DNA from: an uncultured bacterium
Lineage (GTDB): Bacteria; Fidelibacterota; JAANXI01
NCBI GenBank assembly: GCA_964413425.1
Contig: CAYPST010000003.1
Span: 15,336 to 79,335, forward strand
Reading direction: 5' to 3'
DNA length: 64,000 bases
In this document: one piece after another, positions 10,886 through 18,003 of the stretch
Position numbering within the stretch: position 1 is the stretch's first letter
Layout: every line of letters starts with the position of its first letter
Notes under the pieces: model-generated
What the model saw: only the letters and a program-made list of their open reading frames with translations
What the model was told of the DNA's origin: nothing
The model's database searches: none
Translations under genes and position numbers: made by a program

Positions 10886-11003
10886 ATGTTGATAACGCAC
10901 AACCCTGCGGGGAGAGCATTTTCCGGGTGTTGCCTCTCTCAATGACAGGGAGGCAGAGGCGGCTGGAAACGTTAATTCAAGGGTGTGACTGGCAGTTGAA
11001 GGG

Positions 11004-11900
11004 TTGGTTTGTGAATTTATGAGTACTTATCAGAATGGTATTATGTCTCTGGAGGAGCTGGTGCGACATGTTCGGACCTCAGAAATTTCCTCAATCGAGC
11101 CAGTGATAACCAGAATCGTTGGGGTGATGAATGACGAGCATTCCACTGCCGAGGATCTCAAAAACATTATTGAGAAGGATCCTCCGTTAACAGCCAAAAT
11201 TCTCAAGTCCGCAAACTCGGTGTATTACCATCATCCTTCTTCCATCGGCGATCTCGAAGAAGCGATTATCTGGATAGGATTTGGAGCCGCCGCGGAACTG
11301 GCGTTGCAGCATAAGGTATCCGAACTTTTTCGGACACCTCTCTCGCTTGGCACATATACCCGGTTAGCTCTCTGGAAACATAGTGTCGCTGTAGCGAATT
11401 GTATGAAGTTGTTTTATCGAAAAGAATTTGGGAAAAAGTGTAAAAGTGCATATGTGGTCGGACTGCTCCATACCATAGGAATTATTATCGAAGACCAATT
11501 TTTACATGATCCGTTTAAACACATATTGAAAACCATTGAACAGGAGAAGGTGAATCTGTTAGAGGCAGAGCGGAAGGTCCTTGGATATCACCACGGGCAT
11601 CTCGGAGCAGCAGTACTCGAACAATGGCAATTCCCCTCGGAAATTGTGGAGGCGATCCGCGCGTATCAACTGTCACGAGAAGTAGAACCACCAACTATCA
11701 CCTTGACAAACACCCTCTACCTGGCAGATCAATTGTGCCAGCAGGGAGATATAGGATACCAGCACTCTCCGGGTCTGGGGGAGTCGGAATTCGTTGACTA
11801 TGCTCACAGACTCGGTATAAAAGAGAAAGCACTGGAATATATTTTACATGATGTGAAGGAGGAAATACAACGAATTGAAAAGCAAGGCTGGCTTTTCTGA
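11004..11900 (+). CDS. HDOD domain signalling protein (stand-alone), paralog of 8251-9144
   Basis: PPLTAKILKSANSVYY ... LWKHSVAVA ... GLLHTIGIIIEDQFLHD ... GYHHGHLG. An alternative ATG lies at 11019. Confidence 0.8.
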   Translation: MVCEFMSTYQNGIMSLEELVRHVRTSEISSIEPVITRIVGVMNDEHSTAEDLKNIIEKDPPLTAKILKSANSVYYHHPSSIGDLEEAIIWIGFGAAAELALQHKVSELFRTPLSLGTYTRLALWKHSVAVANCMKLFYRKEFGKKCKSAYVVGLLHTIGIIIEDQFLHDPFKHILKTIEQEKVNLLEAERKVLGYHHGHLGAAVLEQWQFPSEIVEAIRAYQLSREVEPPTITLTNTLYLADQLCQQGDIGYQHSPGLGESEFVDYAHRLGIKEKALEYILHDVKEEIQRIEKQGWLF

Positions 11901-12017
11901 AGTTCATCCGGAGTATGCAACAGACCGGCTCTGAAGCAGGAGGAGCGTCTGGCGCGTACTTCGTAATCTTCGGAAGATACTCAAGCGATGAAACCAAAAA
12001 TAGAATAGGATAAACAG

Positions 12018-13238
12018 TTGTCCACAGAAGTTTTTGTTGCCAGGCAGCCAATATTTGACGTGAACAAGAATCTGGTTGCGTACGAACTACTTTTTCGATC
12101 AAATCTGGAAAACTATTTTGATTTGATGGATGGGGATCAAGCCACGACAGACGTTATTAATACCAGTTTCTTTTTCATCGGCATTAAACAGTTAACCGGG
12201 GGCAAGCGTGCATCAATTAACTTTACGCAAAACCTCCTGCTCAATGGAGTGGCCTCCCTCTTTCCTGCCGATCAAATCATTATCGAAATTCTGGAAAGTG
12301 TCGAGCCGGAAGAGAAGGTCCTTTCGATGTGTGAGCAGTTGAAAAAACTGGGATATACCATCGCGCTCGATGATTTTATGCCCAGTAAACATCGGCATCC
12401 GTTTGTGCGGTATGCAGATATCGTAAAGGTGGACTTTGCTGATACCGCGGTCACTGAACAGCAGAGAATACCGGATGTCGTTGACGCTCCCCATGTGAAA
12501 TTTCTTGCCGAGAAAGTGGAAACAGTCGAGGAGTTTCAGCAGGCGCAAGAGTGGGGGTATTCACTGTTCCAAGGATATTTTTTCAGCAGACCCGTTATCA
12601 GTAAGGGCCACTCTATTCCCAGTGTTAAATTAAATTACCTCAATATGTTGCGGGAAATCCATAAGCCGGAAATCCAATTCGATGAAATGGAAGAGATTAT
12701 CAAACGTGACCTTGCCATGACATATAAATTGCTTCGGATGGTGAATTCCGCATTTATCGGGCTGACCGTTGAAGTCAAATCCATTAAGCAGGCGCTCGTC
12801 CTGTTGGGAATCAACGAGGTTAAGAAATGGGCATCACTGATTGCCCTTGAGAAACTGGCGGAAGAGCGCCCCCAGGAATTGATATATCGGTCGATTGTCC
12901 GGGCAAGATTCTGCGAAAATATTGCCCCGGAAGTTCACTTGGAAATGCAAGCCTCGGAATTATTCCTGACAGGGATGTTTACCACGCTTGATGCTATTAT
13001 CGACATGCCTATGGCAGACGTGTTAGAAGATCTCCCCCTCGCAACAGAGATTAAAAGTGCTCTATTGGGAGGCGATAATGCGTTTCGGCACGTGCTGGAT
13101 ATCGTTCTGGCATATGAATCCGGGGAGTGGGAACAGTTTACCCAAAGCGCCTCCGCCCTCGACCTGGGTGAACACAAAGTCCCTGGCCTGTTCGGGGAGT
13201 CGGTGGCCTGGGCCGATCAAATCCTCATGCGAGGCTGA
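12018..13238 (+). CDS. EAL-domain (degenerate motifs) plus C-terminal HDOD-domain protein; c-di-GMP phosphodiesterase-like or sensor
   Basis: An EAL-type start (VARQPIFD...AYELLFR) is present. The EAL motif is replaced by EIL (IIIEILES) and the DDFGTG motif reads DDFMPS. The C-terminal half is HDOD-like (MTYKLLRMVNSAFIG...KQALVLLGINEVKKW). TTG start. Confidence 0.7.
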   Translation: MSTEVFVARQPIFDVNKNLVAYELLFRSNLENYFDLMDGDQATTDVINTSFFFIGIKQLTGGKRASINFTQNLLLNGVASLFPADQIIIEILESVEPEEKVLSMCEQLKKLGYTIALDDFMPSKHRHPFVRYADIVKVDFADTAVTEQQRIPDVVDAPHVKFLAEKVETVEEFQQAQEWGYSLFQGYFFSRPVISKGHSIPSVKLNYLNMLREIHKPEIQFDEMEEIIKRDLAMTYKLLRMVNSAFIGLTVEVKSIKQALVLLGINEVKKWASLIALEKLAEERPQELIYRSIVRARFCENIAPEVHLEMQASELFLTGMFTTLDAIIDMPMADVLEDLPLATEIKSALLGGDNAFRHVLDIVLAYESGEWEQFTQSASALDLGEHKVPGLFGESVAWADQILMRG

Positions 13239-13500
13239 AATAATTTTTCTGTCCGCTTCCGTATAAAATCAGTAGATTCCGTTCTTCAGATTCCATACAC
13301 TAGACAAAGCAACCTTATTTTGCTGGAAGTCCGATGGGAATCTGAATGACGATGGTCAGCGGAGTAGCTGTCCGCGCCGGCATATGCTGCGACTGATGAA
13401 TATCGAATCACGAACTGCAGATGTCAGAAGGAGTCATTACATAGACCTCATCGTTAAGATTTCAGGCGGATACGAATTTATACAATGAAAGAATAATCAC

Positions 13501-14565
13501 ATGCAGGCAGAGCAGATCAGCGAAGAGGCATTATCGGACGGGAGGAAAGTTGCACTGTTTCGTCTCGCCAATTCCGCAGGATTTCAGACGGAGATCAGCA
13601 GTTTAGGCGGAGCTGTAGTTTCACTTTTCGCTCCCGACCGGGATGGAAAATTTGATGATGTGGTGTTAGGATTCGACAGCCTCCGGGAGTATCAGGAGAA
13701 TCCCCCCCATTTGGGGGTGATTGTCGGAAGATATGCCAATCGTATTGCTTCTGGAAAGTTCACTCTGAACGGGATAGAATATCGACTGGCGCAAAATCAC
13801 GGGGATCATCACCTCCATGGCGGGATTGAGGGATTCAGCAAAAAGATTTGGGCTGCCGAACAGTCCTCGGGAGAGGATGCGATCGGCTTGAAGCTCTCCT
13901 ATGGCAGTGAAGACGGGGAAGAAGGGTACCCCGGAAGACTGTCGGTGACCGTTACGTATCAGGTCACAGAGGAAAACGAATTAGTCATTAATTATTTTGC
14001 TGTGACTGATAAGAAAACGGTGCTCAACTTAACCAACCACAGTTATTTCAACCTCGCCGGTGCCGGATCGGGGGATATCCTGGAACACAGGGCGATGATT
14101 AATGCCGATGCCTTTACGCCGGTGGCCGACGAGAACGCTATTCCGACCGGTGAACTCAGGAGCGTGGAGGGCACCCCGCTCGATTTTCGAACACCCACTG
14201 CCATCGGCGAGAGGATCGACAGCGATTATGAGCAGATTCGATATGGATATGGCTATGATCATAATTATGTGTTGAATGACGGAGAAGGCGAGCTTGGGCT
14301 GGCCGGGCGGGTTACGGATCCTGCATCAGGAAGACGGCTCGAGGTCTATACCACAGAGCCCGGCGTGCAGTTTTATACGGCGAATCATCTGGATGGCACA
14401 CTCTCCGGGAAATATGGGGTGAAGTATCATCGCCGGCAAGGATTCTGTCTGGAAACCCAGCATTTTCCCGACTCACCGAATAAACCGAATTTTCCGTCCA
14501 CTGTGCTGGAGCCGGGTGAGGAGTTCCATTCCACGACAATCTATACATTTTCTCTGGAGGAGTGA
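13501..14565 (+). CDS. galM: aldose 1-epimerase (galactose mutarotase)
   Basis: GRYANRIA...F.LNG.EY.L..N.G.HHLHGG and the C-terminal FCLETQHFPDSPN motif are characteristic of the aldose-1-epimerase family. 354 aa. Confidence 0.85.
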   Translation: MQAEQISEEALSDGRKVALFRLANSAGFQTEISSLGGAVVSLFAPDRDGKFDDVVLGFDSLREYQENPPHLGVIVGRYANRIASGKFTLNGIEYRLAQNHGDHHLHGGIEGFSKKIWAAEQSSGEDAIGLKLSYGSEDGEEGYPGRLSVTVTYQVTEENELVINYFAVTDKKTVLNLTNHSYFNLAGAGSGDILEHRAMINADAFTPVADENAIPTGELRSVEGTPLDFRTPTAIGERIDSDYEQIRYGYGYDHNYVLNDGEGELGLAGRVTDPASGRRLEVYTTEPGVQFYTANHLDGTLSGKYGVKYHRRQGFCLETQHFPDSPNKPNFPSTVLEPGEEFHSTTIYTFSLEE

Positions 14566-14794
14566 GTTCGAGGGTGGGACGAATCCCATACCCTAAATGA
14601 AACACCGAAACACACTGAAACACACGGATAATGTGAAACTTGACAGGCACCTTTGTCCACTGCCCATCCCGACAAAGTATTCGGGATGACGAAGCGGGGC
14701 AGCCTATTGTCTTTATGCCCATTCAAAAACTTTATGGTTTCCACCTGTTTTTTAAACACTCTCAGAAAATGCAAGCAATGTGAGGAGCAAAATA

Positions 14795-15781
14795 ATGCGT
14801 AGAATCCAGTGGGGTGTTCTGAGTACGGCGAACATTGGGGTGAAAAAGGTGATCCCGGCCATGCAGCAGGGAGAATATTCTGAAATCACCGCGATTGCGT
14901 CCCGGAATACGGATAGGGCTCAACGGGTCGCAGAGCGGTTGGGCATTCCCAAGTCATATGGTACGTATGAGGAATTGCTGGCGGATCCGGATATCCAGGC
15001 TATTTATAATCCGTTACCCAACCATCTGCATGTCCCGTGGTCTGTTCGGTGTCTAAAAGCCGGAAAACATGTGCTCTGTGAGAAACCGATCGCACTAAAT
15101 GCCCGGGAAGCGCAAAACCTGGAGGACGAAGCAAAGAACTATCCGTCTCTGAAGATTATGGAAGCATTCATGTACCGGCATCATCCCCAGTGGCGGAAGG
15201 CGAAGCAGCTGGTGGAGGACGGGGAAATCGGCACATTGCGGACTGTTCAGTCATTCTTTTCCTATTATAATATTGATCCCGATAACATCCGGAATATGCC
15301 CGAAATCGGGGGCGGCGGTTTGATGGATATCGGATGTTATCCTGTTTCCCTTTCCCGGTTTATTTTCGACGCCGAACCTGATCGGGTATTCGGCGAGATG
15401 GAGTTTGATCCGAACTTGAAGATTGATCGGCTGGGTTCCGGGATTCTGGATTTCGGAACCGGGGTGTCAACTTTTACCTATGGAACACAACTCACCCCGT
15501 ATCAGCGCGTGAATATTTTTGGTACGGAAGGCCGCATTGAAATTGAGATCCCGTTCAATGCGCCACCGGACAAACCCTGCAAGATCCGGCACCAGACTGG
15601 TTCCGACACATGGGAAATTGTGTTGGAAGTAGTTGATCAATACACCATCCAGGGGGATCTTTTTTCCAGAGCCATCATTGAGGATACCGAAGTTCCCACT
15701 CCCATCAGCGATGCGGTGGCGAATATGAAGGTCATCGACGCGCTCGTTTGGAGCGCTGAAAATAATACCTGGGTACAGTGA
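14795..15781 (+). CDS. Gfo/Idh/MocA family NAD(P)-dependent oxidoreductase (cytoplasmic, no signal peptide)
   Basis: N-terminal Rossmann (IQWGVLSTANIG) and an EKP motif (CEKPIALN). ATG at 14795 is preferred: GAGGAG lies 7 nt upstream. The ORF also opens at GTG 14780. Confidence 0.8.
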   Translation: MRRIQWGVLSTANIGVKKVIPAMQQGEYSEITAIASRNTDRAQRVAERLGIPKSYGTYEELLADPDIQAIYNPLPNHLHVPWSVRCLKAGKHVLCEKPIALNAREAQNLEDEAKNYPSLKIMEAFMYRHHPQWRKAKQLVEDGEIGTLRTVQSFFSYYNIDPDNIRNMPEIGGGGLMDIGCYPVSLSRFIFDAEPDRVFGEMEFDPNLKIDRLGSGILDFGTGVSTFTYGTQLTPYQRVNIFGTEGRIEIEIPFNAPPDKPCKIRHQTGSDTWEIVLEVVDQYTIQGDLFSRAIIEDTEVPTPISDAVANMKVIDALVWSAENNTWVQ

Positions 15782-15809
15782 CCGGCTGCAGGTATCGGGC
15801 CGGCCGGAC

Positions 15810-16643
15810 TCAGCTGCCGGAACTAACCGGTTTGCGTCCGATGACCGTGATGCTGTACACACCTTTCTTCTCTGATTGGAACGTTGCGATTTCGTCTTCG
15901 GTTAGAAGCGATTGAAGCGTCCCTTCCGGCAGCGGAATGTACCGGGATTTCGTAATCTCCACAGATTCAAATCCTGTCGAGATAATTGTCTGAAGGTACT
16001 TGGCCTGTCGCATTGCTCCGGCAATGCAGCCGGTATAGAGTTCTATGGAATTCCGTATGATTTCGGGCAGATCCCCTCTGGTAACGATATCTGAAATGCA
16101 AAATCCGCCACCCGGTCGAAGCACCCGAAAGATTTCCGCATACGCTCTTCCTTTATCCGGAACCAGATTTAATACGCAGTTACTGATCACTCTGTCAACT
16201 GAGTTAGGCGCAAGCGGGAGATCCTCGATATCACCTGCCTGGAACTCGACGTTTTGGTAGCCCAATTTTTCGGCATTGTTTCGGGCTTTGGCGACCATGG
16301 CCGGTGTCATGTCAATCCCGATGATCCGGCCGGTTGGCCCCGTCTGAGAGCGCGCCACAAAAGCATCATTGCCTGCGCCTGACCCGAGATCCAGCACAGT
16401 GTCACCTTGCTGTATGCCGGCAGACTCAGTAGGCAGGCCGCATCCTAACCCTAGATCGGCCTCCGCCATATAGCCGGTTGTGGCGGAATAGTCTTCATTC
16501 ATCCGGCTATAGGCTGCAGACTGTTCCCCGGGAGCACAACACGAGGTTTCAGGGGCACAACAGGACGAATTTTCATCTGTTTTGTGGGCAATAGCCGAAT
16601 ACTTTTCACGTACTTTCTCCCTGAGTGATTGATTCTCTGCCAT
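15810..16643 (-). CDS. arsM: arsenite S-adenosylmethionine methyltransferase
   Basis: SAM-MTase motif I VLDLGSGAGND. Conserved ArsM cysteines are present: an N-terminal CC...CC cluster, CVLNL, and GC (LYTGCIAG). 277 aa. Immediately downstream of arsR on the minus strand. Confidence 0.8.
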   Translation of the reverse strand: MAENQSLREKVREKYSAIAHKTDENSSCCAPETSCCAPGEQSAAYSRMNEDYSATTGYMAEADLGLGCGLPTESAGIQQGDTVLDLGSGAGNDAFVARSQTGPTGRIIGIDMTPAMVAKARNNAEKLGYQNVEFQAGDIEDLPLAPNSVDRVISNCVLNLVPDKGRAYAEIFRVLRPGGGFCISDIVTRGDLPEIIRNSIELYTGCIAGAMRQAKYLQTIISTGFESVEITKSRYIPLPEGTLQSLLTEDEIATFQSEKKGVYSITVIGRKPVSSGS

Positions 16644-16649
16644 ATGATG

Positions 16650-16985
16650 TCACTCCTTCCTCATAGCGTTCATTTCTTTGGTGATGCCGGAGAAGAATTC
16701 CTCGAAGGTATGCCTGACAGTATTCAGCACCTCATAATCGACGCAATAGCACGTTCTTGGGCCCTCCAGGGTGCCCTGAATGAGGCCAGCCTCTTTGAGC
16801 ATTTTCAGATGTTGCGAAACGGTAGATTGAGAAAGCGGAAGCGCTTCAACGATATCCCCGCACATACAGGCGTTAGTTTCTGTGAGAAACTGCAGGATAC
16901 GCAAGCGAGCCGGGTGGGACAGCGCTTTCATGTATTCAGCCAGCAGGCCGATATCTTTCCGGAATTCTTTCGCTTTTGACTGCAT
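16650..16985 (-). CDS. arsR: ArsR/SmtB family metalloregulatory transcriptional repressor
   Basis: Winged-HTH [13 protein letters not shown] with the metal-site cysteines just N-terminal of the recognition helix ([12 protein letters not shown]). 111 aa. Its stop abuts the arsM start. Confidence 0.85.
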   Translation of the reverse strand: MQSKAKEFRKDIGLLAEYMKALSHPARLRILQFLTETNACMCGDIVEALPLSQSTVSQHLKMLKEAGLIQGTLEGPRTCYCVDYEVLNTVRHTFEEFFSGITKEMNAMRKE

Positions 16986-17010
16986 ACAGAATTCTCCACT
17001 TTTACGGCAT

Positions 17011-17039
17011 ATATCGTATATCGCAAATATACGATAAAT
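17011..17039. promoter_or_regulatory. candidate ArsR operator: 12-5-12 inverted repeat TATATCGTATAT-cgcaa-ATATACGATAaA
   Basis: An imperfect palindrome (23 of 24 positions) lies 26-54 nt upstream of the arsR start codon, inside the divergent arsR / selenoprotein promoter region. ArsR operators are typically 12-2/5-12 dyads overlapping the promoter. Confidence 0.4.
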
Positions 17040-17054
17040 ATTTTAAAATACCGA

Positions 17055-17157
17055 GAGTGTTTAGAAAACAGTAAGTCTCGACACACTGTTGCGCCCGGCA
17101 TCCCTTGTATGTTACCCCACATGATTCTTCGGGGCGAGGCGTTTTCTAAATAGACTC
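17055..17157. mobile_element. MITE-like non-autonomous element, copy 1 (103 bp), family with GAGTGTTTAGAAAAC ... GTTTTCTAAATAGACTC terminal inverted repeats
   Basis: The left end (gagagtgtttagaaaaca) and right end (gggcgaggcgttttctaaatagactca) are nearly identical to the ends of the 236-bp element at 46651-46886. The termini form a roughly 16-nt TIR with one mismatch and one indel. The internal sequence is shorter than in copy 2. No ORF. Confidence 0.55.
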
Positions 17158-17390
17158 ACTACCAGAAATTTCTTGAAGTCATGAATCTTTGCAGACAAGA
17201 CTCCTCAGGGAAACAGGAAAATTCCGGCGGACGTCGTCAGAGCAGAAAAATTTCTCTCCAGTTGAGAAATACTTTCAAGTATGATGGGAATTGTTATATA
17301 TTCAACAACTATCAGAGAAAAATTTGAGTGGGGTAGATTTCTCACTCTGGATACCAGTGTCCAGATATATTTATGGGGAGGAAGTACAGT

Positions 17391-17942
17391 ATGCCGCATA
17401 TTGAAATCAAGAATCCGCTGCCGGGCATTGCCGGACTGCTCCAGGATTTTCCGGAGACCGGTGAACCCATATCTGCATTGACGGAGGTCTTGCTCCGGGG
17501 ACCATCACCGCTGTCTGCCGGGGAGCGCGAATTAATTGCCGCGTATACGTCCTCTAAAAATGATTGCTTTTACTGAACGCAAATCCATGGCGCCATAGCA
17601 GAACACCTGCTGGGCGACAGTTCCGCAGTTGTGGAACAAGTATTAACGGATGTGGACACTGCACAAATTAGTGACAAATTGCGAGCACTTTTACACATTG
17701 CTGCCGGGGTGACCAGGTCGGGTACTGAGGTTTCCGGACAGTTGATCCACCAGGCACGCGAGGCCGGGGCGACGGACCGGGAGATTCACGACACAGTTCT
17801 GGTGGCAGCAGCATTCAATATGTTTAATCGCTATGTTGACGGACTGGGAACGTATGCTCCCACTGATCCGGAAATGTACAAGAAGCGCGGGAAGATCATT
17901 GCGGAGCAGGGATATCTCCGTGGGAAAAATGGTGAATCGTAA
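17391..17942 (+). CDS. AhpD-like / carboxymuconolactone-decarboxylase-family peroxidase-related selenoprotein (in-frame UGA = Sec at 17574-17576)
   Basis: Two ORFs in the same frame (17373-17576 and 17631-17942) are separated only by TGA. Read through, the product is ...ELIAAYTSSKNDCFY-U-TQIHGAIAEHLLGD..., which reproduces the family redox motif E...N.C.YC...H with the resolving Cys replaced by UGA, the signature of the known AhpD-like selenoprotein family. RBS GGGGAGGAAG lies 6 nt before ATG 17391. A 9-bp hairpin starts 13-20 nt after the UGA. Confidence 0.75.
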
Positions 17943-17950
17943 CCAGGAAT

Positions 17951-17983
17951 TTTGAGTCTGTTCAAGAACCACATAGACTCAAA
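17951..17983 (+). terminator. hairpin downstream of the selenoprotein gene (tttgagtct-N15-agactcaaa)
   Basis: A 9-bp perfect stem sits 9 nt after the stop codon. No clear U-tract. The 3' arm resembles the MITE terminus (atagactca). Confidence 0.35.
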
Positions 17984-18003
17984 TAAACACATTCTCTTGA
18001 ATT

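Noticed and set aside
17373-17942. Interpretation of 17373-17576 and 17631-17942 as two small genes, or as a pseudogene broken by a nonsense mutation
   Set aside because: Both pieces are in the same frame and the TGA falls exactly on the second Cys of the conserved CxxC motif of a family with known Sec-containing members. Selenocysteine read-through is the simpler explanation.
17951-17983. Hairpin after the selenoprotein gene as a solo MITE terminal repeat
   Set aside because: Only a 9-nt match (atagactca) to the MITE end. A simple transcription-terminator hairpin is the more economical reading, so it is kept as a low-confidence terminator.
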